Shown here one piece after another: positions 1 to 12,284 of a stretch of 64,000 nt of DNA. The notes beneath the pieces were generated by a model. The model was not told where the DNA came from. It did not search any database and worked only from the letters and a program-made list of their open reading frames with translations. The stretch is from assembly GCA_026023565.1 (NCBI GenBank), contig JAPETS010000020.1, forward strand, positions 62,001-126,000, given 5' to 3'. The translations under genes were made by a program, and so were the position numbers. Each line of letters opens with the position of its first letter. The first letter of the stretch is position 1. This DNA comes from Cirrosporium novae-zelandiae (lineage: Eukaryota).

Positions 1-807
1 ATGCTTTTGGGCTTTTATGTCTTGTCAAAAATCCACTCAGTCCACCCACAGTCCACTCAGATGTCGATTCAGACTATTTTGTCTCCGCCTACAGGTAGTA
101 TCCAGTCTTTTCAGTTGCCTCCATCAAACCTTTTGGACCAAACAGAAGTTACAGGCCATCAGCAGAAATCCGCCGCCCGCAATCATTTTCTCGCTAAAAG
201 GGCTCTTCTTCCTGTCGGGATGAGCCACGTTCCTAGGCTCCCCCGAAACAAACTCCTTGAACTTCCCTGACTATTTCTCACACTACTCACTGCCTGCGTT
301 CTCTCAATACCGTCTTTCTGTCAGGTCTAATCCTGCTTCCTCTAACCCTCGAGCCTCTCCAATCTTTCCATTTTACATCTCTCTTTTCCATCCCCCAAAA
401 TATTTCCCTCATCCACCAATATCCGCAACCACAGACACCCCTATCCTCTACTTTCTATCTCCCTTCTATCCTCGATCAAAAGTTATATTCCAACCTTAGA
501 AGGACCATCGGACTTATTCTGTGCTTTGCAAAATACTGTACAGCTATTTGGCTTCCACAGCCTTCTGGATTTGCTCTTTTACTCTGAGCTTTTTCTCACA
601 TCCACAGCATTGTCCTTGCCATTCATCTCGGATACCCCTTGTTGCAAAACCCCTTTTTTTCAGCGGCCATCTAATATCCTAAAAATCCCGGTGTTGTGCT
701 TTGAGTCAAATATCACTCGACATTTCTCCCGTGGACATTACAGTACACATTACCCAAAAAAAGAGCAAAAGGAATCTAGATCACTCTAGTATTTTAGGCA
801 TTCAAAG

Positions 808-2018
808 ATGGCTAGTCGTCCTCCTAAGTACAATGATCGCAGAGAGGAGCCTCCCCGTCCAAGGGAACGACAGAATGAATATTATCTACCCATAGAAGGA
901 ATAAGTCGCGAAGTCATCCAAGCTGACATATGTCGGTATCTTGGAAATGATGCGCTTGTTCGAGTTGGAGATTATAATGTTGGTGATGCCTGGATCCGCC
1001 GTTAACCGATAAAGCTGATGGTTCAAAAAGGGACGAAGAGGTTATATAATACGAGCTTATCGCAATTTAACAACGGTATGATTCAGCAACTTTTGCTGGT
1101 CAAAGAAACACTGCTGATGAAAAATACCAACGATAGGAAATGATTGCGGATCTGAAAGCTGATTCTGCTCGCTGGGAAAAAGAACGCTACGTGAACGAGC
1201 AGCAAGGCTACGCTTCAGGTAGCCCTGTGCCAGTTCGAGATCCAGATATGGATCGTAGTCCTGACGTTGTCACAGTGCCTTATGGTAATTCTCAAACGCA
1301 TTCCGATCGACAAACTGCAGGTCCTTCAAATTCGCCAATGCCACAGGCGCCCATGCCTACGAGGGACATGCGGGACCCACGGGACATATCTATGAGAGAT
1401 GTACCGATGAGGGATCCCCGCGATATCCGAGATCAGAGTCTTCCGTCTTATGCCCAAGGATACCAGCCACATAATCCAGCTAGTATGGATGCCGCTTATG
1501 GAGCAGTACCACCTAATTATCCCGGAGCACAGGGTCAATTTCCCGTTAGTCAAGGATACCCACCACAGCAAAGCCAGTATGGATATTCTCAACCGCCAGC
1601 AGGGTATGGTCAGGTAGCACCATCCCGTGGTCCCACAGATAGTCCAACACAACAAGAGTCGATGCAGATGTATACCACATCTACCATGGCTCCTAGACAG
1701 GAAGGGTACATGAACCCTCAAACTCATGCAGGTTTACAACCTCGCTACACACCAAATATGGATAGCAATTCACCGCAACAGGCATTTACAGAAACACCAG
1801 ATCAGCAGATGTATTTTGCCACTAGTGCATCATCAGGTGTACAATCATATCCAGTTATGGCGCCTGCCTATGGTGCATCACCCTCATCATTTGATCCAAG
1901 AGGAGAACCAAGGTACGTTGAAAATGGTGGCTTTGCCGCTGAACCCCCAAACCGCGTCCGCCATTCGGAGTCCAGAGAAGGCCCTCCCAGGAGAGATGAT
2001 CCCAGAAGGAGACGTTAG
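808..2018 (+). CDS. rfeG: RfeG-like fungal transcription factor (~365 aa, 3 exons)
   Basis: Exons 808-978, 1031-1075 and 1137-2018 are joined by GT-AG introns. They give QNEYYLPIEGISREVIQADICRYLGNDALVR..GYIIRAYRNLTTEMIADLKADSARWE, recognised from memory as the Aspergillus RfeG-type domain, followed by a P/Q/Y-rich tail. Confidence 0.8.
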
Positions 2019-4438
2019 TTTTGGTCATGTCATTGGCAGTCCAGACAACTGTCACCTTAATCTCTTCTGTTGATTTCTTTTCAAATTTTGTCAAATTTGC
2101 TGTCAATATTCCGCTGGGTATCCTTTACCTCCTGGAAGACCTGCGCCCGGAATGGGCCACGTGCAAGTTACCTGTTCGAAATCATAGCTTCTACCTGCCG
2201 GAGATTCTTTTCTTAGTGTTCTCTTATTTTTTACATGCCGGCTTGTTATCACCTTGGTCCCTTGAATGGAGTTGTTGCCAAAAAAAAAAAGTTCGGTCCT
2301 TGTGAATTGGCCGTGATGGTTATCTTTCTGGCGTTGCCTCAGCTTTCGAAAACATTGCCTGGATACAACAGCACCCAAAACTTTGGGGTTTGTTTCAGTC
2401 TTGCTCTGCGAACTTTAGCTTCACCTTGGCTGGACCAGTTACTTTTAATCCATGGACCGCTTATAAAACCGACTATCTTACCCTATACTTTATATTGTCA
2501 CCTGGACGTTGATAATTCCGGCTTGTCTTTTCAATCACTCTTGCGACAGCATTTGTTGAATACCTTTGGATATCGAATTTACATTTTAAGATCCATGGGA
2601 CTTTGTTTACTGGAGTACGGCGCTTGAAAACTGTTCTGCGAAATGCAGAAACCGATGAATATGAACCAGTTATCCTGTTCCTCTGGAGCTATTCTACTTG
2701 AACTGGAGTTTAATTCGATTGCATGGCAATCTTAGGCACCATGTTTGGTGCTTGATTTAATTTTCCGCGTGGCAACTATCCTTTATTATGGTTCCGGTGG
2801 TCCCTCCTTGTAAGGCATATCCCTATCCGTTGATCCTGTTATTATCCGAAATTCATGTGCGACTTCTCTGCGGCCAACTCCCTGGACGATTCACATCGGT
2901 TTGGTCACCATCGCCGGCTGGCCAACCCAGCCTTGGCCTAGTAAAGGACATCATGCTAACATACCCCGTAGTCATCCTCGCATGCCATTTACACCACCTT
3001 ATTCGAGGACTTCACCACCACTGAGAGCATCGCCGCCTCTGGCCACTGGATATTATTGAAGGATGGATGGATTGCTGATGAGCAACGTACAAACTTATGA
3101 CGATTATGAAAACGATCTCTCCCTCTCTCATGGCATTGGACAATTGGGTAATTGACTGAACGTTAAACGAAGTAACTCTGGATATTGAAGCTCTTTTTCA
3201 CGCATGAGATTTAAAGCCATGTTCATGATCATACACGTCTTTGAACGCTTCTCTTTTTCGGGAGATATCTCAACTTGGGATTTTTATATTGGTTTTAAGG
3301 AATGCATCGCATTACACCGGAGAGAGGGAGATGACTTTGAAGCAAATTTGGACGTGTTATTTTTTTTTATCTTTTTGGGCTTGGGGTTGGATAAAGGGGA
3401 TTTGGAGCAATCAGAGACTGATGGGCCACTTGTATATACGCTTCGAGTTTGTAGCTGATTGATGAAATCCTGCCTGCTTGCTCTATCTGATTTAAAAACA
3501 CATTATCATCAGTTTCTCCGCTCCATTAGATCTACTTGTGAATTGTTGCTTCGTATAGATACTTGTTTATTGTTCTTGCAATTGCTCACTATTAGTTGGG
3601 ATTAGAAAAAGGTTGTAACGTCGCTGAGACCTACGAGGATTATGTACAGTGCAATACTAGAAGAAGACCAATAGATAGAAGGAATTAATTAATTAGTTAT
3701 TGCTATTAAAAGGAAAGCAGAATAATAGAGGGGAGGTAGCCAGTCGCCTCCCTTCGTCTCGTCCCATCTATCTATGTATCTCCAAGAGTGTAAAAGCATG
3801 AATAGCACATATTTCTCACCCCGAGAGAGGCTTTTTTCTTCTTTGTTCTTTCTGGTAATCATTATACATCTACATATTTATCCCCGATAACGAACGACAA
3901 CGAAAAGAACATGGTTAAGCAACCACCTAGTCATGGAACCCTTCGGGAGGTGAGTTAAGGGAATAATATAGATATCTGGTTTTGTGGAGTTTAATGATAG
4001 GAAGAATGCACGGTGTGTTCGGTTTTATATATGGGATTTTTTTTCTGTAGAGTATGTAGTATTTAATAAAGATCCTCTGATGGTGTAATATCCTTGATCA
4101 TGGATAGTCGAGGGGAGATTCTACTCGTTGTTTTATAGGCTATATAAAAGCTAGAGGAAGAAATTTCAGGAATGGTTGAGTAAGATGGAACAAGGTGGCG
4201 GAAGCAGTCCGATGACGCTGATCCTCGGTAGTAATTCTTTACCTTCACATGCGAAGGGTCTTGGCTTTATTTAGTCTACCCCAGATTTATCTCCAGATTC
4301 CCAACTTCAGTGAGGGATAGACCAAATGAACCACACCATAACCGTAACCATCAACCAGATAGTTCTTTCCAATCCCCTCTCTCTCACAATACACAATGTT
4401 TTCATGACCTAATTGACATCTATCCTAAATCCCGCGTT

Positions 4439-6690
4439 ATGGCCGTCAACTCCAAGCTACTACTACCACTACTCCCCCCGGAACGGTCCATAAAGCAACT
4501 AGCATCGGACCTCGCAAACCTCTATCTCAAAAACCGCACCCGGATCTCTCGCGCCGTCTACATCACCCTCTTTGTCGCTCTCGTCAACCGCATTCATAAT
4601 GCCATTGCTGAGCAAAAAGCCGCTTCCGAGCGCGCTCGCGAGCTCCGTAAGCATTCCGGCACTACCTCCGCCCCTCTTGACCCCTCCTCTACTGCAAAGA
4701 AAAAAGTCGAGTTGAATAGAGAGTTCTTTAAGAATCTGTTGAGGCTGTTGCGGATTGCGATTCCGGGATGGAGGAGCAAGGAGTTGAGATTGTTAATCAG
4801 CCATAGTATATTTTTGGTTGTGAGGACGTTGATCAGTTTGTATGTGGCAGAGCTGGATGGAAGGTTGGTGAGTAGTTTGGTGAGGGGGAAGGGGAGGGAC
4901 TTTTTGTTGGGGATTGTTTGGTGGATGGCTGTTGCGATCCCGGCAACCTTTACGAATTCAATGGTACGTTCTGCTTCTTTTTGAGATCATGAAGAGAAAA
5001 AGGGCTTTTGACTAATTTCTTGTAGCTTTCCTATCACCAGTGTAAATTGTCGTTATCCTACCGGACGCGCCTCACGAATTACGTACATCAAAAATACCTT
5101 TCCAAGATGACCTTTTACACTCTATCAACCTTGGATGATCGCATAAAGAATCCAGATCAGCTCATCACCGTCGACATAGCGCGCTTCTCCAACAGTCTTG
5201 CGGAGCTTTACTCAAACCTGGCCAAGCCTGTCTTAGATATGGTTGTCTACAACTGGTCTCTGTCTAAGAGTGTTGGCGGAGAAGGTTTGTTCATGATGAG
5301 CCTTCTAGTCCAACTCTCAGCAAATGTCATGAGAGCACTTACTCCGCCATTTGGGAAATATGTAGCAGACGAGGCAAAATTAGAAGGGGAATTTAGATTT
5401 CAGCATACCAGGTTGATTGACTACAGTGAGGAAGTTGCATTATATCACGGTTACGATGTGGAGAAAGATACACTTGACAAGGGTTATTTTACATTGATTA
5501 AGCACGTTAATCGCATCTTAAGGCGAAGGTTTTATCATGGGGTCATGGAAGATTTTGTCATCAAATACTTCTGGGGCGCATTAGGTCTCATACTTTGCTC
5601 AGTTCCTGTCTTCTTCAAGGTTCCAGGTCAGGCTGTGAAGAGTACTGGAGAGAGGACAGAAAGCTTCGTCACAAACCGACGGATGCTTTTGTCATCGTCC
5701 GATGCATTTGGCCGTTTGATGTTTTCCTACAAGGAAATTACCGAACTGGCGGGTTATACCTCTCGTGTAGCATCCCTGTTGGACGTTATGGACGATGTGA
5801 CTGCAGGCCGGTTTGAAAAGAAGCTTGTGTCATCAGCAGGGACGGAAGAAAACGCTGCTGTTCTGCGTGGACGTGGAGAGGTTACTGAAGGAGAGGATAT
5901 TAATTTTGTAGACGTGCCAATCGTCTCACCGAATGGCGATGTGCTGGTTCGCAAGCTAAGCTTTAACGTTACACCGGGGGATCATTTACTGATTGTGGGA
6001 CCCAATGGATGTGGGAAATCTTCTCTATTCAGGATTCTTGGTGGATTGTGGCCCGTCTATGGGGGCAGCGTCAGGAAACCTCCATTTTCTGATATATTTT
6101 ATATCCCCCAGAGGCCATATCTCTCCCGTGGCACGCTTCGTCAACAAGTTATTTATCCTGATGGGTTGCGAGAGATGTGGGACAAGGGAGTTACCGATGC
6201 CGACTTGCACCGAATTTTATCGATTGTGGAGATTGATTCGGTTATTGAGCGAGAAGGAGGATGGGATGCTGAGAAAGAATGGCGGGACGTTCTCTCTGGA
6301 GGTCTTCAACAGCGCATTGCCATGGCTCGGTTATTCTACCATGCTCCTAAATATGCCATCCTGGACGAGTGTACGAGCAGTGTGACCCTCGAGATAGAAA
6401 AGACAATGTATGAAACGGCGAAAGGATTAGGTATTACCTTGATGACGGTTAGTCACCGACGAAGTTTATGGAAGTATCACAAGAAGATCCTCCAGTTTGA
6501 TGGGCAAGGACATTATATCTTCACGAATCTTGATGCGGAGAGACGGCTTCAGCTCGAAGAGTAAGCTGCACTTCCGTTTCATGGTAGGGACTATGTATGC
6601 TAACAGATCAATAGTGAAAAGGAACAGTTAGAGCTAAACCTTCGTGCGGTGCCAGAAATTCAGCGGAGAATAGCTGAGTTGACAGCATGA
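4439..6690 (+). CDS. pxa2: Peroxisomal long-chain fatty acid ABC half-transporter (ABCD family, Pxa2-like), ~711 aa
   Basis: Exons 4439-4963, 5026-6560 and 6615-6690. EAA-like motif ([23 protein letters not shown]), Walker A GPNGCGKS, signature LSGGLQQ, Walker B ILDECTS. N-terminal [14 protein letters not shown] resembles the yeast Pxa2 N-terminus. Confidence 0.93.
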
Positions 6691-7096
6691 GGGAATATTT
6701 ATTATTTGGATTCCGGCGTTGGCTGGTTGGTTGGTTGCTAGAGACTCATTGATGGAGGGGCGGATCCAGAGCGACATTGGGCAGCGATTATGGTTAAATG
6801 GGCCAAACAGTATACATATATGTAGTCATGAACTTGAGGGTAATGCGATTTCATGTAAAACTAGTGAACAAATGAAGATATAGATATTGTTACACAGAGT
6901 GTTTGTTCTGGTCGGGAGCTTTAAACGCGCCAAGAAAAGCGCTCAGAACATCAACAGTTTGCTTCTTTGGTCAACCACGTCAACCAACCGAGGAGCAAAA
7001 CAGCACCCCTTGAGCTTTCGAAACTCATCTTCGAAACTCATCTTCGACACACACGCCCATGCCTCTCCTTCAGGATCATTATAAATTCCCAGGATC

Positions 7097-10000
7097 ATGA
7101 CCGATATCTCTGCATTTGCAGTCGGCCAGACTGTTGAAATTCAAGATGGCCGCATAGCAACAGTCCGATTTGTTGGTGCCACCCATTTCGCGCCCGGCTC
7201 GTGGGTAGGCATTGAGCTTGAAGATGCTAGTGGGAAAAACGATGGTGCTGTCCAGGGTCAACGTTATTTTGACTGTGAACCTGGATTTGGCATGTTCATC
7301 AAGCCTGATAAAGCTGAGATCATAGCTCAACCCCCGAGACCAAATCCGACCAGAGCAGACAGTGGTAGGACAAATAATGGAGCCATTCAAAAAGGAAGGC
7401 CTGCCAGTGCCATCGTAACTGGACTACGCAGGCAGAGTGTGCTAGATGCATCGTCGAGAAGACAGAGCATCAATGCCCGGAGTCCTACCCCCAGCGGAAA
7501 GGGGAGGCCCAGGTCACTGGTGGTATGAATATGACAATCAAATCAAGATATCTATATGGCTAATTGAGATTTCAGTCTCCTTCTAAATCGCCAACTAAGC
7601 AATTAAGGTCTACAGGAGGAAATACAGGACCACGGCCATTCACCTCCTCCACCGCTCCAAGAGTCACAACCGGCGCAAGGAATCGAACAAGTGTAGGGCC
7701 TCGGCTGTCAATATCATCAACTCCCGCCCCAGGGGTCCGTCCCATGCGCCCGGGACTTGGAGGTAGGGCAGGAACAAATGGGCACATGTCGCACCCTTCA
7801 CATTCTCAGGCAACAAGTTCCCGCAGATTATCCATACGACCAGGCGGAACGCGCAGCATATCACATGCGAGTAGCAGTCAGGCAAGCGAGATAGATGGAC
7901 CTACGTCAAAACAAGAAGAAACATTGTTACACAGAGCATTAACTACTCAAAGTCCAGATGGGTCGCCAACTAATGAGAGTCCTGGGATGTCGCGGTCCTC
8001 AACACCCCAGCATCCTCACCATCCTTCCAAGCCAGGTTCGCGCATGCCATCTCATGTTACAGCAAAGCCTCCTGCCGTTACAGCCAAAGAAGTCGACGAT
8101 CTTAAGATGAAACTAAGGATCATTGAGAAAAAACGCATGGATGATCGGGATAAAATCAAGGCAATGGAGAAGGCCAAAGAAGAGAGGGACCGGTTTGAAA
8201 ACATAATTCAGAAGCTTCAGGCAAAATATGCACCACAGCAGCAAGAGATAACAGAGCTTCGGAAACAAATAAAAGAAGCAGAGGCCCAGATCGAAGCATT
8301 AGAGAACGATCAGCAAGAACATGAAACAGAACTGGAGATGGCTACCCTTGATAGGGAGATGGCTGAAGAAACGGCAGATGCGATCAAGACCGAGCTGGAT
8401 GCATTCAAGCAAAAAGCCGAAGAACTAGAGTTGGAAGTTGAGATTTTGAGAGAAGAGAATGAAGAGCTGAATCACGAGATGACTCCAGAGGAGAAAACAA
8501 GCCAAAGTTGGTTGCAGATGGAACGAAATAATGAACGTCTAAAGGAAGCTTTACTGCGGCTAAGAGACTTGACTCAACAACAGGAATCAAACTTAAGGGA
8601 CCAAATCAAAGACCTTGAAGATGATGTGCAAGAACTTGCCGGAGTCAAGCAACAGTATGAGATGTCCCAGGAAAAGATAGCGCAGCTAGAATCCAACACC
8701 GAAGATCTACGACAACAGCTTGATACAGCCCTAGGAGCTGAGGAAATGATTGAAGAACTAACAGAGACAAACTTGCGCTATCAAGAGGAGATTGATAATC
8801 TTAAGATTGCGGTGGAAGACCTTGAGAGTCTTAAAGAACTAAATGACGAGCTAGAAATAAATCATGTTGAAACAGAGAAGCAGCTACAGGAAGAGATTGA
8901 CTACAAAGACAATGTGTTCAATGAGCAGCTACGGAGAGCAATCCAGCAGGATGATGCCATCGAAGAACTTGAATACACATTATCTCGCTTCCGTGAACTG
9001 GTCTCAAACCTCCAGACTGACCTTGAAGACATGAGGGCGTCCCAACAAATTACAGAGACTGAGGCGTCTGAACTGAGCAGCAAGTCTCGTGCTGTTATGG
9101 ACTTGAACCTCAAACTTCAAGCTTCTGCTTCCAAGGCGCAGGTCAAGACCATTGATATGGAACTTGGGCGAATGGAAGCACAGGAATCCTCCGATCACCT
9201 CGCGATTGTTCAGCTCTTCCTACCGGAAGCTTATGATTCTGAAAAGGATTCTGTGCAAGCATATCTCCGGTTCAAACGCATCGCTCTAAAGTCAAAACTT
9301 ATACATGGTCTGGTACACGAACGGATCGCCGATAATAAACCGCAGATGAACGATGGCCTGTTTGCAGCTTACGACGTGCTTGATAAGTTGACCTGGATAT
9401 TAACCATGTGCAACCGTTTTGTCAACTATGCCAGTGGATGTTCTACGGAGGAGTTTGCGAAACTTGCAGGCGCTTTCTATGATCTTGATCCTGTCGAGCG
9501 AGCCTTGAATGTGTGGATAGAGGGTCTGAAGAAGGATGAAATGAAGGAGCGGGAGTGTGCGGATGAGCTTCAACGAACAATGTCTGTCATTTCCGACCTT
9601 GCCGAGAAGTCTATTACACAGAACATAGAGACCCAGGCCGATGATGTTCACGCACAATCTGTAATGATGCAAGCTTACCTCGACAACTCCGCCGCTGTTC
9701 TGGTCCAAATCAAGAATACTGTACAAAACAAGATTCCGTTCAACGAAGAAGACGAGGAAGCACTGCACTTTGCTCAGAATACTGAACAGGTCGTATCGCT
9801 TTGTCGGAGCGCCAAAGTTATTGCCTCCAAGGCTGCTCGCACTCTCGAAGAACTCAAAAGCCGCCACCTCTCTTTCAAGGAAGATAAATCGTCCTACTTC
9901 CAAGACCTCGGAGAGGCAACCCAGGAACTCTCCCGTTTCATGCGCACCATGGGCGATTCCATCTTCACCCTCTTCAACTTGGAAAGCATCGAGGGCGAGT

Positions 10001-11145
10001 CACAAACTGCCCCCACCTACTCCTCCGTTGTCTCCATTATCTCTTCTCAAAAGTCAATACTCTTCCACTCCTCCGAAGAACCCAGCTTTCCCCTCCTCGC
10101 AACGAAACTCCGTAATCTCACGACCGGCCTCTCGGATCTCGCAAACCTTGCCGCAGATCTTACCCAAACTGTCGAATTTGACCGCCATCAGGCCCCCTGG
10201 GTTGTTCGCGCAAAGGAAATTGAAGCCTCTAAAGTCGTTGCACCCGACATTGACGAGGAACTCCGTCGTCTCAAAGAAGATGCACACGAGAAAGCTCGCA
10301 CGGTCGCATTGCGTGATAAAGCCCTCGAGGAATCAACCATCCGCATCGAGCTCCTCGAAAGCAGAATGCGCGACGCGAACACCAAGAACGAGAAAATCCA
10401 CGAACTCGAGCGCAAGCTCGCCGAAGGCGTCAAGAGAGAAAAGAACCTTGGGGATGTGCTCGATACTCAAGCCAAGGAACTTCAAACCCTGGAGGCAGAT
10501 CGCGAGAAGTGGAAGAAAGCCGCGAGCGAGAAAACTGGCCCGCTCCTTGGCGCTATCGGCGGCGACGCCGCAAGCGCGGCTGCCCGAGAAGGCGCGCAGG
10601 CGGCCATGGTCGCCACGGCCAAAGAAATACAAGACTTACGCTCGGAGATCGAGAGCCTGCAAGCGGCTGTGCGCTTCCTCCGCGAAGATAACCGCCGTGC
10701 GAGATTGCCCGATCAGGGCCGTGGTCAAGATATTTCATGGCTTTCTGAACCTCTACAGCGACAAAAGCCGAAGCACGAACAGCAACGTGCGCTACTAGAA
10801 CTCGAAGCCAAGGACGCGATGAGCGCATTATTAAATCTTGTTACCGCCGAAGACAAAGGAGACGAGACGAAGGTTGCCAAGGGATTAGTCGATCTAAAGA
10901 GATTCGTCAGAGACAAGGAAGACAGAGGGAAATGGAGACCCAGGAACCAAATGATGGGTACGGTTGTAGCGAAGCAAAGGGAAGAATGGGTTGGGTGGGT
11001 CGACTGGGGAAGAGGTGTTGTCGGCAAGGGGAGGGAAATGGGTATCCTTAAAAGGGGGAGTAGGTTCCAACAGCCTGTGGGCAAGACAACGTTGGAGATT
11101 GGGGAACCGGTTATTGTTGATGGGGATGAGGAGGTGAGAGCTTGA
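7097..11145 (+). CDS. nudM: Dynactin p150(Glued) subunit, ~1331 aa
   Basis: CAP-Gly domain (VRFVGATHFAPGSWVGIELEDASGKNDGAVQGQRYF), basic S/P-rich region, long coiled coil with EMATLDREMAEE. One intron at 7523-7575. Confidence 0.95.
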
Positions 11146-11436
11146 GTCGGAGTTTTCTCTCCTCTCTTCTCTCGCACTCCCTCCCTCTCTCTCTCTCTAT
11201 CCGAGCGAGAGCAAGAGAGATAGGGAAACCCTTAACTCCCTTGTGGCATTATTATCGCCATTACATTACATTACATTATTCATGTCATGTTTGTCCTGCC
11301 TCCCTTACGTGCGTGTGTGGCTCCAGTTCCTTCATATTCCCCCTCCGTCCCCCAACCATTTTCTTTTCTCCGTTTGTCTTATATATATACACTTGGTGGG
11401 CTTTGGATATGGGGATATGGGTGATGAAGGAAAAAG

Positions 11437-11468
<32 letters not shown>

Positions 11469-12284
11469 GAGATGAGGGAGGGAGGAAAGGAGGGGGAGAG
11501 GGGCGTTTTTTGATGTTTGTATGTATGTGTGTATGTATAAGAGAGGAGTGTAAAGAGAGAAGAGAGGAGAAGTGAGAGAAGCGAAGAAGCATAATATATA
11601 TTATACCCCCTACCTACGCTACCTCCACTACACTACTATTAAAATCATTACACTATTATACCATGAATATTTGGTTTTTATTTGTAATCGCTAAAACTAA
11701 AAAAAAAAGGGACTCTAGTAGGGGGTTTATATATAATATATACCATTGCCTGGAATTTAAGCAAGCAAGCAAGCAAACTAAATTCTTAAAACTCTTTAGT
11801 CTAATTCCTATAATACACCAAAAAGGACAGGACATACCCTACCCTACCCTACCCTACGAGGTGTGGCGGGTAGCTTGATATCCATCTATCCATCTATATA
11901 TAATCCGAGTCATTGTCATGTCTAAAATAATCATTTTGATGAGTTGGTTTTTTTTTGATGAGGATTGGAATGGGTGTGGGTGGAGGTGAGGTAGGTAGAT
12001 AAGGTGCTTGGATAGTAGATTGATTTGATTGATTGATCGTACTACTTTCCAGGGGATGAAATCCATAAACGTTTTTTTCTTCTATAAGTAGACTAACTAT
12101 CTACTCCCTCCCCTTTCTTTTCTTTTCCTTTTGAAAAATACCGAGATTTGTGTATGTCTGTATGCACGTAAGTGATGTGATATGATGTTTTGAAATCATG
12201 CCATCGAAAACCCTTCCCTTTTTTCTAAAAACCAAATCCACGAAAAAAAATCTTCTCTCTCCACCCCCTCCCCCTTTAACCACC

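Noticed and set aside
1..800. Short overlapping ORFs upstream of rfeG
   Set aside because: Pyrimidine-rich leader/promoter sequence with no protein-like motifs.
3614..3800. TGTAACG followed by AT-rich LTR-like sequence
   Set aside because: No matching right terminus or target duplication found.
9770..11177. Long alternative-frame and antisense ORFs inside dynactin
   Set aside because: Explained by local C/G-skewed codon usage; no domain features.
11142..11592. Poly-K/E/S ORFs
   Set aside because: Translations of (GAA)n and purine microsatellites in the 3' intergenic region.
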